The notes under the pieces were generated by a model. That model saw nothing but the letters and a program-made list of their open reading frames with translations, was not told where the DNA came from and searched no databases. Position numbers and translations under genes: made by a program. DNA of 64,000 nt from a virus (lineage: Duplodnaviria; Caudoviricetes), in IMG/VR virus record IMGVR_UViG_3300006805_000023; one strand, given 5' to 3'. This document shows positions 44,740 through 53,569 of this stretch, piece after piece. Position 1 is the first letter of the stretch; every line of letters starts with the position of its first letter.

Positions 44740-45216
44740 ATGCAGATCCTCCAACACACCCTCCAGGTCCCAACCGGCAACACTTTCAAGACTGCCGCTG
44801 CCTTCAAAAACAGCTCCGGCAAAGTCGGCAAGGTCACCTTCTTCTTCATGAATCAGACCAACGCTGGTCTGGACAACAAGGCTACGAAGGCCGAACCGAT
44901 CCTCGTCAACATCTATGAGTCCGATGACGGACGCACGCTGGGCAGCCCCCTCAACAATAGCCCCCTCGCGGTGGCCGGTGGTGCTGAGCAGCCCGTGACC
45001 GTCAAGATCTCCAAGGCCTTCATCACCCTCAAGCTCAAAGGCTCCAACGGCAAGGGCGGCAGCATGCGCGTCAACGCCTCCTACGAAGGCCGCCAGGAAA
45101 TGGGCCAGCTCGATGTGCTCTCCCTCGGCAAGGCCGGTTACGGCTTCGACGGCGGCACCGAGAACGGTCAGAGCGACGGCAGCTTCCCTTCTTACCCAGA
45201 AGGCGCTCCGGCCTAA
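44740..45216 (+). CDS. Putative virion decoration protein, paralog A
   Basis: MQILQHT...YESDDG...GYGFDGGT. Confidence 0.8.
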   Translation: MQILQHTLQVPTGNTFKTAAAFKNSSGKVGKVTFFFMNQTNAGLDNKATKAEPILVNIYESDDGRTLGSPLNNSPLAVAGGAEQPVTVKISKAFITLKLKGSNGKGGSMRVNASYEGRQEMGQLDVLSLGKAGYGFDGGTENGQSDGSFPSYPEGAPA

Positions 45217-45243
45217 GCGGAGCCGGTATCCGGCTATTAACCA

Positions 45244-45285
45244 GGGGAGGCGGACTTCAGAAACGCCTCCCCTTCAGTTTGTTTT
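45244..45285 (+). terminator. Intrinsic terminator candidate
   Basis: GGGGAGGCG / CGCCTCCCC stem, 11-nt loop, then ttcagtttgtttt. Confidence 0.6.
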
Positions 45286-45304
45286 CTGACTACCTCTATT
45301 CCTC

Positions 45305-45982
45305 ATGCAGATCCTACAGCACACGTTCCCCGTCGCAACCGGGCTTACCGCCAAAATCGCGGTGCGCCTTCATCAAGATGGCAAGGTCAATCAGGCCTCG
45401 TTCACCTTCATCAACAAGCCGAACCAGAACCTGGATGGCAAGACGGTCCACACCGACCCTCTGACCATTTCTCTCCAGGCCTCCGCTGACGGCATCAACA
45501 ACTGGGTCGAAATCCTCGCCCCATTCGCGGTGCCAGGCAACGGCCAGATCACCAAAACCGTCACCCTTACTGCCAACTACATCAACATCTTGGGCAAGAC
45601 GGCGAACGGCAAAGGCGGCTACTGCCGTCTCCACTGCTCGTACGAAGGCGTGCAGGATGGTGGTCAGATCGAGGTCATCACCTTCGGCAAGCAGGGCTAC
45701 GGCTTTGACGGCGGCACCGGTCAGGGTCAGACCCTCGCCCAGCCTCCAGGCTACCCAGAGGGTACCTTCATCGAAGCCGAAGAGTCATCCAGCTCCAGCA
45801 GCTCGGAGAACTCCTCATCCAGCTCGTCCGACTCATCCGCATCTTCGAACAGCTCCAGCAGCTCGGTCAACAGTTCATCCAGCTCCAGCAGCTCGGTCAA
45901 CAGTTCATCCAGCTCCAGCAGCTCGTCCAAGTCCTCGCAGTCCTCGTCCAGCTCCAGCAGCTCGTCCAGCACCTCCGCCTAA
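45305..45982 (+). CDS. Putative virion decoration protein, paralog B with poly-Ser tail
   Basis: MQILQHT...ASADG...GYGFDGGT, then a poly-Ser tract (about 45785-45979). Confidence 0.85.
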   Translation: MQILQHTFPVATGLTAKIAVRLHQDGKVNQASFTFINKPNQNLDGKTVHTDPLTISLQASADGINNWVEILAPFAVPGNGQITKTVTLTANYINILGKTANGKGGYCRLHCSYEGVQDGGQIEVITFGKQGYGFDGGTGQGQTLAQPPGYPEGTFIEAEESSSSSSSENSSSSSSDSSASSNSSSSSVNSSSSSSSSVNSSSSSSSSSKSSQSSSSSSSSSSTSA

Positions 45983-46002
45983 GAGGCTCAAGTCGTTTAG
46001 TG

Positions 46003-46035
46003 GAAACGGCCCGGTTTGCTCCGGGCCGTTTCTTT
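46003..46035 (+). terminator. Intrinsic terminator (possibly bidirectional)
   Basis: GAAACGGCCCGG-tttgct-CCGGGCCGTTTC followed by ttt. Confidence 0.8.
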
Positions 46036-46044
46036 GTACACTAC

Positions 46045-46073
46045 TTGACAGATTGACAAGCCTGTGTTACGTT
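46045..46073 (+). promoter_or_regulatory. Class-1 promoter TTGACA-N17-TACGTT
   Basis: 5 nt before ATG 46079. Confidence 0.9.
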
Positions 46074-46078
46074 ATTAC

Positions 46079-46582
46079 ATGGCTAAAACTACCACACCCT
46101 ACGAACCCCAAATTAACGACATCGCTGCTTATCGCGGCTCAACTGGACTCGTACTCAGCCTCGGCGGAGTCGGCTCCATGCAAGACGTCCCACTCGGCTC
46201 CATGCAAGACGTCCCACTCGGCTCAACCGAGTATCTCAGCCACGAGCCCACGGTTCTGATGGTTGATCTCAGCATCATCAGCTCCGGCATGGACCGCCAA
46301 CTCCACAGCTTCCGAGTCCCGACCCGTTTGGTCACTTATGTCGGCAAATACAACCCAGAACTGGATGCGGTGGCTGCTGCACCCGTAGCAGTGCCAATCA
46401 AGGAACTGATCGTCGCCGACCTTCTCGGAGCCCCCGACGTCGGGATGACGATCTCACAGCTAGCAGCCTCTCTGCAGCGTCCGTCGGCTGCTATTCACAG
46501 CTCTCTGCAGAGCCTAAAGACTGCTGGACGGGTGGCTCAGCGGGAGACGCTGGAGTGGCATCTGCTGCCTCAGGCTGCGTAG
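46079..46582 (+). CDS. Protein with C-terminal winged HTH
   Basis: MTISQLAASLQRPSAAIHSSLQSLKTAGRV. Confidence 0.75.
   Translation: MAKTTTPYEPQINDIAAYRGSTGLVLSLGGVGSMQDVPLGSMQDVPLGSTEYLSHEPTVLMVDLSIISSGMDRQLHSFRVPTRLVTYVGKYNPELDAVAAAPVAVPIKELIVADLLGAPDVGMTISQLAASLQRPSAAIHSSLQSLKTAGRVAQRETLEWHLLPQAA
46172..46219 (+). repeat. Exact 24-bp tandem duplication (GSMQDVPL x2)
   Basis: ggctccatgcaagacgtcccactc x2. Confidence 0.95.
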
Positions 46583-46943
46583 GCTCGAACACCTCCCAGA
46601 ACCGCGACGGCGGGACCAGCTCAAGGAGTGTGGTCCTGCCGTCTCTCACGTTAGTGTTCATTCGCTCGGCAAACCGAACTTCGAGGTTGCAGCCACGGGA
46701 CTGCACCCAGTCGCCGAACACCCAGACCTCATCGCACTTGGCGAGCAACCAGAGGCAGGATGCCATGGCGCGGTTGTAGTTCTCGGCGTCGTGCGGAATC
46801 ACCTTCCCGAAGGCTAGAATGGGTGAGACCGGGATGAAGCCAGCCTCGAAGATCAGCTGGCCGATCTTAGCCTGAGCGTCGAAGTTGGCAGCCGGGTCGC
46901 CATGAGTCGTGAACGGGTGGCAGATGTAGATGGACTTTCTCAT
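46491..46943 (-). CDS. DUF4406/nucleoside 2-deoxyribosyltransferase-like protein
   Basis: IYICHPF...PVSP...LLAKCDEVWVFGDWVQSRGCNLE. Confidence 0.8.
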   Translation of the reverse strand: MRKSIYICHPFTTHGDPAANFDAQAKIGQLIFEAGFIPVSPILAFGKVIPHDAENYNRAMASCLWLLAKCDEVWVFGDWVQSRGCNLEVRFAERMNTNVRDGRTTLLELVPPSRFWEVFEPTQPEAADATPASPAEPPVQQSLGSAESCE

Positions 46944-46946
46944 GGC

Positions 46947-47294
46947 TTAGCGGGTTTCGACGACGAAGATGGCCCAGCTTGAGCTGGTAGCGATAGCCTT
47001 AGGGAGAAGTTCCCAGGACGCCGACTGGTTGAAGTCACGGTCGAAGTAGTGCTGCTTGTCGCGTGGGATGTAGCCGATGTCGCGACCACCGTGACACACC
47101 TTGATGGCCTTGGCGTCGTAGGGGTTGGTCGGCTCGCGCTCCAGCGTGACGCCTTTGGTGAGCTGGTACGGATCGACGTCCATGTGCTTGGAGCCGACGA
47201 TCGGAATCTTGACGATCCGGGCTGGCTCACCCTTGATCACGATGTTCGAGGCCTGCAGTTCTGGAGCGTGCAGCAGCTGTAAAGTGTCCCACAT
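46947..47294 (-). CDS. HIRAN domain protein
   Basis: IVGSKH...LEREPTNPYDAKAIKV...IGYIPRD. Confidence 0.9.
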   Translation of the reverse strand: MWDTLQLLHAPELQASNIVIKGEPARIVKIPIVGSKHMDVDPYQLTKGVTLEREPTNPYDAKAIKVCHGGRDIGYIPRDKQHYFDRDFNQSASWELLPKAIATSSSWAIFVVETR

Positions 47295-47296
47295 AG

Positions 47297-47450
47297 TTTT
47301 ACAAGTTTAGTGCAGAGTGACCTGCGTTTGGTTTGTGTTTAACGAGTTGCCTCGTTCTCGAAACTCGTGGGGACGATACGCTCCCACGTGCCCGGATAAG
47401 GATGTTCCGCGCACCAACAGTGTCCGCGTTGGCGGTGTGGCCGCAAGAGC
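47297..47450 (-). ncRNA. Putative omega/reRNA overlapping the tnpB 3' end (5' boundary approximate)
   Basis: Hairpins at 47376-47398 and 47341-47356 (AACGAG-GCAA-CUCGUU); GGTCAC right-end-like motif ending at 47317. Confidence 0.55.
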
Positions 47451-48426
47451 CACACTGGAACTTCTCATTCGTCCGGTTGTCATTTGCTCGGTGACTGCAT
47501 TCAGGGCACGTCTGCGAGGTGTAGGCAGGGTTTACTCGGACAAACAGAACACAGTTCTCTCTGGCCTTTTGTTCAACCCTACCCAGCACAGAGGCATAGC
47601 GCCAAGGAGCAAGGAGTTTACGAAATTGTTTGCCGCGCTTGGGCTGCTTGCCTATCTTCAGGCCAGTCAGATCCTCGACCGCAACGGTTTTGAGAATACC
47701 CCAGGGAAGTTGGTTAACGCAGCGGTTCAGGTAACGATCCCGCGTGGTGCGAGCCCTACGCATCCCCTGGCCCCCTGGCTTCGCCATCCTGACGGCCTTG
47801 CCGATGGTCTTGAAGTCACGACCGATCAAGTTGCCGTCACTAGTTGCAAGAACAGTGCTGACCCCGCAATCCACGCCCAGCTCCGCACCCTCGGACCGCA
47901 GTGCGAGGTCCGGAATGTCAATCCAGAGGATGGCATACGCCCCTCTGTTTGTGAGACTAAGTTCGCAGCCTTTGGCAAGCACTGCCCCAGGCTTGCTCAA
48001 CCATTTATTAAGAACCTTCGTGGACTTCGCTGGGACGTTTATGCGGCAACCACTGCGCAGCGTGGAAACGCGCAGCCAGGTGTCGAACGCCTTGCTTGAC
48101 TTCCCGAAGGTGATGGAGACACACTTCTGGTTGACTTTGACACCGCGCTTGACCACAGGGCGGGTGGCCTTATTGACCGTGGCTCGTTGGGATTCCCGCG
48201 TCGCCTTGACTATTCCGAGCGCCTGTCGCAAAGCTGCAGCTCTGTAGTTGAACGGTAAGTGCCCGAGCGGCACAACGTCAGCAGTGGCCTTATCGAGACC
48301 GCCTTTGTTACCCCACAGAAACTTGATGTAACGGTTGCAGGCGCTCAAAAAACGCGACTCCACCGCCCGCAGCTTGCGCAGTTTGGACTCGGTGGCGTAA
48401 AGTTTGATTTTGACAGAGCGCGTCAT
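47299..48426 (-). CDS. tnpB: TnpB RNA-guided endonuclease (IS200/IS605 family), no TnpA nearby
   Basis: RuvC-I GVDCG, RuvC-II VEDL, NPAYTSQTCPEC, CGSC...NADTVGARNI. Confidence 0.93.
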   Translation of the reverse strand: MTRSVKIKLYATESKLRKLRAVESRFLSACNRYIKFLWGNKGGLDKATADVVPLGHLPFNYRAAALRQALGIVKATRESQRATVNKATRPVVKRGVKVNQKCVSITFGKSSKAFDTWLRVSTLRSGCRINVPAKSTKVLNKWLSKPGAVLAKGCELSLTNRGAYAILWIDIPDLALRSEGAELGVDCGVSTVLATSDGNLIGRDFKTIGKAVRMAKPGGQGMRRARTTRDRYLNRCVNQLPWGILKTVAVEDLTGLKIGKQPKRGKQFRKLLAPWRYASVLGRVEQKARENCVLFVRVNPAYTSQTCPECSHRANDNRTNEKFQCGSCGHTANADTVGARNILIRARGSVSSPRVSRTRQLVKHKPNAGHSALNL

Positions 48427-48469
48427 CGTTTGGTGTTCGCCTTAGAAAACAAACTCTACCTATTGGAGA

Positions 48470-48742
48470 ATGAAACAAGCAGCAGTCCAGGGTTCAGGGT
48501 GTCAAGGTAACACCGGGCCGTTGTACCTGATCGACTACGTGCCACAAGACCGGGTGCTGCTCAGCGGAGTCCCTCTGGCCACCAAGGCATCGCGAATCGG
48601 CTCCAGCGAGGTCCGTGAGGGCGATGAGCGCGTCCTAGTCGCCAACCGTTTCCCGGTCGCCGGTGAGGGTGACGCCATCGAGGGTCCGGTAGTGAGTGGC
48701 ACTATCAACCAGGATACCAGCGACCGTGTGCTGATCGGATGA
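48470..48742 (+). CDS. PAAR-like spike tip protein (gp5.4-like)
   Basis: VLLSGVPLA...EGDERVLVANRFPVAGEGD...GTI...RVLIG; TACCTAT 6 nt upstream. Confidence 0.7.
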   Translation: MKQAAVQGSGCQGNTGPLYLIDYVPQDRVLLSGVPLATKASRIGSSEVREGDERVLVANRFPVAGEGDAIEGPVVSGTINQDTSDRVLIG

Positions 48743-48760
48743 TTTCTTGCTGTCAACCCT

Positions 48761-49651
48761 ATGATTCGATCCAACGTTGATTCCCTGCCGCCAGAGTTCA
48801 CCGAGTTCACCCTCCCATCAGGTGGACTGCCTTACCGAAACAACTTCCCGGACTTCCCGTCTGTAGCCAGGGTAGGGTCATTCACGTTCAAAACCGAGTG
48901 TATCTTGACCACTAACATGGACCTGATGGAGAAGATGGCCAGGATCACCAGAGACGTATTCCAGAACCTTCCGCCGAACTTCCCGATCGACGACCTCCTC
49001 GAAGAGGATCAGATGGTAGTCATGGCGCTGGCACGCGGCCAGACCTACGGCGAGTCTTACATCTTTGCCACTGTTTGCCCCAGCTGCAAACACCGCGAGT
49101 CTCACGAAATGAAGATCCCGGAGCAGCTCCCAGTCGTGAACTGGAAGTTCGACAGCCTGGAAAAACTGGAGGAACATCTGACCGTGGCGCTTCCCTACTC
49201 CAAGGACGTTGTGCGTCTGCGCCCCATTACGGTCGGCATGGGTAAGAAGAGCGTCAAGGGTAACGAGCCCGCCAATGCCCCGGCAGAGGGCGAAGCCGCC
49301 CCAGCAGAGGCGAAGCCGCGCTCGTCCAAGTCGGCCATTGTGAAAGCCACAGCGGTCGCAGCTGCGCCAGACAAAGTCAGCCTGAGCGACCTCCCCAAAG
49401 AAGCGTCGGACTTCTTGTTCGGTGTCGCTCGTAGGATCGAGTCGGTCAATGGCACCACGCCGGACTCCTTGCAGGAGGCAGCCGACTGGCTGTTGCGTTT
49501 GTCGGGTCGTGACCGGGTGGCTATCGAGGAACATCGAGTCAAAACCGCGTGTGGGATCAACTATGACATCCCAGTGAAATGCGATAACTGCGCTAACCAG
49601 TTCACGGCGTTCCTGCCGATTGCGTCGTCATTTTTTCGTCGAGGCCAGTGA
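48761..49651 (+). CDS. Baseplate hub/assembly chaperone (T4 gp26/gp51-like)
   Basis: FTLPSGG; CPSC; LPYSKDVVRLRP; CDNC...SSFF end. Confidence 0.75.
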   Translation: MIRSNVDSLPPEFTEFTLPSGGLPYRNNFPDFPSVARVGSFTFKTECILTTNMDLMEKMARITRDVFQNLPPNFPIDDLLEEDQMVVMALARGQTYGESYIFATVCPSCKHRESHEMKIPEQLPVVNWKFDSLEKLEEHLTVALPYSKDVVRLRPITVGMGKKSVKGNEPANAPAEGEAAPAEAKPRSSKSAIVKATAVAAAPDKVSLSDLPKEASDFLFGVARRIESVNGTTPDSLQEAADWLLRLSGRDRVAIEEHRVKTACGINYDIPVKCDNCANQFTAFLPIASSFFRRGQ

Positions 49652-49835
49652 AAATGGCCGAGTCCCGCACGCTTCCTTGTTGACACGAAACCGGGCTGCG
49701 TACATCTCAATCATGAGACTGTCAAGGTTTACAGGGACTCCGATGCCCTACTTCGAAACGATCCCGCTGTCACGCCTTCCAGTGTTGGAGGTGGAGCTAG
49801 AGGAACTCATCACTCAAACCAAGGGGCTGAGGTAG
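49620..49835 (+). CDS. Small ORF in the +1 frame, candidate frameshift extension of the hub chaperone
   Basis: Frame open across TTTTTTC at 49631-49637; MRLSRFTGTPMPYFETIPLSRL. Confidence 0.55.
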   Translation: MRRHFFVEASENGRVPHASLLTRNRAAYISIMRLSRFTGTPMPYFETIPLSRLPVLEVELEELITQTKGLR

Positions 49836-49836
49836 C

Positions 49837-50133
49837 ATGCAAGACCTAGACGCTAAATGCCGCGAGATCCTCAAAGAGGAGCTAAAAAGACTGCTCGATG
49901 AGCACCGTGAGGTCCTTGATTCACTGCCTGATCGGTATCTCGAAGAACTAACCCTGTTGCGCACACTGAGCACAGTGTCGCTCACTGAAGCTCTCAAGTT
50001 TGACTTTGGGGATGCTGCTGGGCTGGCGTTCGTGTTGCAGCACGGAGGGCACGATTTTCCGGCGCTCCAGTTCATCACCAGACTAGACAAAGCGGTTGGT
50101 AGGCGGTTGACGGAGCTGATAGAGAAGCTCTAG
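49837..50133 (+). CDS. Hypothetical protein (98 aa)
   Basis: Operon spacing. Confidence 0.7.
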   Translation: MQDLDAKCREILKEELKRLLDEHREVLDSLPDRYLEELTLLRTLSTVSLTEALKFDFGDAAGLAFVLQHGGHDFPALQFITRLDKAVGRRLTELIEKL

Positions 50134-50142
50134 GTATAAGCA

Positions 50143-53028
50143 ATGACAGTCCTGGTCAACAAGTCAACCGCACCGGTCACGGTGTTCTACTATGATGCCT
50201 CCAATCGTGAGCAGCAGACGGTCATAGATCCTGGCAAACAATTCGTCCTGAACGGAGCGGTTCACCCGTCCACTCAGGCTCTGATCAAACGTAAGGTGCT
50301 CGTGGTGAGTTCCAGCACCGTCACCGATCCACGCGCCAACACCCTCGCTTGGGGGACTCCACTCGTCTGGGCTGGAGGTTGGCGTCCCAACGCTTTGTAC
50401 AAGGCCGGATTCGTTGTCCTGCACAACGGCAAGACCTTTGTGGCGATTCTGGATCACACGTCCGTCAACCCTCCGTCGGAGTCCGATCAGCGCTGGGATC
50501 TGTTTTCCCTTAAGAGCTTCGCGGCGGCATTCGACTTCCTAGTCACGGTCGCCAACGATGGCTCCGTGGTGTCGTATGACGCAACTGCTGATGAATGGAA
50601 GCTCGCCAAGATTGGCGACGCCAATGTTCAGGGGATCTCGGCCAGCAAGATCACAGACATGGCCCAAGTCTTGGCTACGCTGATCGCCTCAGCAGGTGGC
50701 ACGATGACTGGCCCTCTGGTCCTCGTAGGAAACCCGACCGAGAACCTACACGCGGCACCAAAGCAGTATGTTGATGGCTTCCTGTCGAAGGACGGTGGCA
50801 CGATGACCGGAGCCTTGGTCCTGAACGGCAACCCAACTGCGGCCCTGCACGCCACTCCGAAGCAATACGTCGATACGTTCGTCTCTGGTGGTGGCGGCAC
50901 GATGACTGGACTATTGACGCTATCCGGCAACCCGATCGAGAGCCTGCATGCTGCTCCCAAGCAGTATGTTGATGGCTTCCTGTCGAAGGCTGGTGGCACG
51001 ATGACTGGTGACCTGACTCTGAGCGGCAACCCGTCCGCAGCCCTGCACGCAGCACCGAAGCAATACGTTGATGGCTTCCTGCCAAAGGCTGGTGGCACGA
51101 TGACGGGAGATCTGGTCTTGTCCGGTAACCCGTCCGCAGCCCTGCACGCCACTCCGAAGCAATACGTTGATGGCTTCCTGCCAAAGGCTGGTGGCACGAT
51201 GACGGGCGATCTGGTTCTGACTGGTAACCCGTCTGCGGCGTTGCACGCCACTCCGAAGCAGTATGTTGATGGCTTCCTGTCGAAGGCCGGTGGCGCAATG
51301 ACTGGTGCGATCACTGGCGCTCATGGCCTGCTGCCGCTCGCCGGTGGCGCGATGACCGGTGATTTGATCCTGTCGGGCAGCCCCTCAGCGGCATTGCACG
51401 CTGCCCCGAAACAGTACGTTGACCTGCGCCTTCTCAAGTCCGGTGACACCATGACAGGGCAGCTCAATCTGCTGTCAACCACCCTGAACGCTGGGACTGG
51501 ACTCTACGAGACGTCTGATTATGGCGCTCCTGCCTGGAAATCTGGGCTCCTGCAGGTCAGTTATCCACCGACTTACATAACCGGCAGTCACACCGCCACA
51601 GCGACCGAAAGCATCTTCGTCTTCCGTGGCTATCAGGAGTCAACCCTCAACTTGAGCACCAACGCCCCATTCTCGTTCAAGGAAATGACTGTGACCAACG
51701 ATGGCCAGGCCAACCTCTACGTGGTGGGCAGCTCCGAGACGGTCGTGATGGCTCCCGGCGAAACCCTGACCCTCCTACCATCCGGAACGGACTTCATTGT
51801 GTTGTCTCGCGGCTTGGTCCAAGACGTCGGAGCTGTCCTGGTGCTCTCTTCCATCGGCTCCGAGTCGGGAGGTACCAAGAACGTGACCTTCAGCATCTAC
51901 GACACCTCTAAAGAGACCACGGCGATCACCGTGGTGGCAAATCCCTCAGTCGGCGTCCTGCGCTTCACTGTGGGGAGCGCCCTGAACATCATGCTCGGCT
52001 CAAAGATCTTCGTGACCGGCACCGGCACGTATGATGGCGAGTATTTGGTACACGACGTCTCAGGCTCCAACATCGACGTGCAGACCAGCACCCCGTTTAC
52101 GATCTCCAAAACCGGCACTATGGGGGTGACCAGGGTTGCAGCACGCAGCAGCACGCTGCCTCTCCTAGCCTTGGTCTCCGACACCGCGCAGGCAGCCTGG
52201 GGTGGCGCATCTGGAGCCGTCCTCTCAATGGTGAGTGGCGGGGCTTTCCAGGCACGTTCACCGACCGGCAACGGCTATCGTCTTGACAGCACCGGCAGCA
52301 GCTTGGTCCTGAACCTCGACGAGCAGTTCGTCGATTATCGCCTGCTGTACGTTCACCTGCTCACCATGGGCAGGTCGTCTCCGGTCCGCTCAACCTTGAT
52401 CAGCGATGTGGCACAGCTGGCTGTCGCCCTCACCAGCTCCTCTGACAACGGCGGGTTCCTGCAGATCGAGCTGGCGAGCGTTGACGGGTTCGAAGCCGGA
52501 GACTTGGTGACCCTGGCTGGCACATCAGGCGATGGCGACTACACAATCACAGCGGTCCTCACCGGACCTCCTCGAATTCGCCTGAGCACCGCGTACTTCG
52601 CGATCACCACTGGCACGCTCACGAACAACATGGCGCTGGTCTTGACAGCGACCGAGACCGCCGGTCTGGTGGTAGGCTCGTTTGTGAACCTCAAGAACCT
52701 GCCCTGCCTTGGCGCACAGCGTGTGACCAGAGAAGTTAAGGGCCTGACTGGTACCACGATCATCGTCAAAGACCCGTTCGAGGCGTTCAACAACGCGCTG
52801 GGCAAGGTCGGAGTCTCGGAGCAGGCCTGCATCGCCAAGGTCGAATTCCTGGAAAACTCATCGAGCAGCTCCTCCAGCAGCTCCATCAAGTCGTCGCAGT
52901 CGAGCGCCAGCTCCGTCAACTCCTCGTCCAGCTCCAGCTCCAGCTCCGTCAACTCCTCATCATCGTCCAGCTCGGTCAACTCATCGTCCAGCTCGGTCAA
53001 TTCGTCCTCGTCCTCGTCGTCACCATAA
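50143..53028 (+). CDS. Tail fibre protein: CBM5/12-like module, 33-aa repeats, FCCH-like barrels, poly-Ser tail
   Basis: WRPNALYKAG..VLHNGKTF; GGTMTGxLxLxGNPxxxLHAxPKQYVD repeats; TAGGTAT 5 nt upstream. Confidence 0.9.
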   Translation: MTVLVNKSTAPVTVFYYDASNREQQTVIDPGKQFVLNGAVHPSTQALIKRKVLVVSSSTVTDPRANTLAWGTPLVWAGGWRPNALYKAGFVVLHNGKTFVAILDHTSVNPPSESDQRWDLFSLKSFAAAFDFLVTVANDGSVVSYDATADEWKLAKIGDANVQGISASKITDMAQVLATLIASAGGTMTGPLVLVGNPTENLHAAPKQYVDGFLSKDGGTMTGALVLNGNPTAALHATPKQYVDTFVSGGGGTMTGLLTLSGNPIESLHAAPKQYVDGFLSKAGGTMTGDLTLSGNPSAALHAAPKQYVDGFLPKAGGTMTGDLVLSGNPSAALHATPKQYVDGFLPKAGGTMTGDLVLTGNPSAALHATPKQYVDGFLSKAGGAMTGAITGAHGLLPLAGGAMTGDLILSGSPSAALHAAPKQYVDLRLLKSGDTMTGQLNLLSTTLNAGTGLYETSDYGAPAWKSGLLQVSYPPTYITGSHTATATESIFVFRGYQESTLNLSTNAPFSFKEMTVTNDGQANLYVVGSSETVVMAPGETLTLLPSGTDFIVLSRGLVQDVGAVLVLSSIGSESGGTKNVTFSIYDTSKETTAITVVANPSVGVLRFTVGSALNIMLGSKIFVTGTGTYDGEYLVHDVSGSNIDVQTSTPFTISKTGTMGVTRVAARSSTLPLLALVSDTAQAAWGGASGAVLSMVSGGAFQARSPTGNGYRLDSTGSSLVLNLDEQFVDYRLLYVHLLTMGRSSPVRSTLISDVAQLAVALTSSSDNGGFLQIELASVDGFEAGDLVTLAGTSGDGDYTITAVLTGPPRIRLSTAYFAITTGTLTNNMALVLTATETAGLVVGSFVNLKNLPCLGAQRVTREVKGLTGTTIIVKDPFEAFNNALGKVGVSEQACIAKVEFLENSSSSSSSSSIKSSQSSASSVNSSSSSSSSSVNSSSSSSSVNSSSSSVNSSSSSSSP
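50695..51450 (+). repeat. Seven full 99-nt (33-aa) tail-fibre repeats plus one short unit
   Basis: Visible in both DNA and protein. Confidence 0.9.
52858..53022 (+). repeat. Poly-Ser C-terminal tail
   Basis: Directly visible. Confidence 0.9.
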
Positions 53029-53561
53029 TGCTGATCCTTGGCCCCTCAGACACGCTGCTGCAACAAGTCGAGCCCATCAGGTCCCACTGGTGGAGTTTGT
53101 CCCTTACCGGGCCGTCGGCGGTAGGCACTCTGCCCGGAATCGAGGGGTTGTCCCTGCGCGATCTACCGTCCATTGGCAACGAGCAGGAAGCGATCGAGCA
53201 CACCCCGATCAACAACACGATCAAGTATCCCGGAAAGCAACTGGCTCAGTCCTGTCAGCTGCGCCTGATCATGCTGGACACCGACCCGGTGTACGACTTC
53301 TTCGTGCGCTGGCGTAGGATGTGCTACGATCCGGAGACCAACTTGGTTGGGCTGCTCAACGAGGTGGCTGGGGTTGGCTACGTCAGGATCTTCGCCCCTA
53401 CAAGCTCATCGTTCGCCCCGCAGAACATCCGGACGATCAGGCTTGACGTGGTCTGGCCGAGCAGTCTGATCGTGACGGGCTTGTCACGTGATGGGGAGGG
53501 AGACCCAGCGGAGTATCAGGTAATGCTGGAGATCGGCAGCTCATACGACGTCAGCCTGTAG
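53028..53561 (+). CDS. Tail tube-family protein (T4 gp19/gp54-like)
   Basis: IKYPGK...VYDFFVRWRRMCYDPET...IRLDVVWPSSL. Confidence 0.75.
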   Translation: MLILGPSDTLLQQVEPIRSHWWSLSLTGPSAVGTLPGIEGLSLRDLPSIGNEQEAIEHTPINNTIKYPGKQLAQSCQLRLIMLDTDPVYDFFVRWRRMCYDPETNLVGLLNEVAGVGYVRIFAPTSSSFAPQNIRTIRLDVVWPSSLIVTGLSRDGEGDPAEYQVMLEIGSSYDVSL

Positions 53562-53569
53562 ATATCGAC

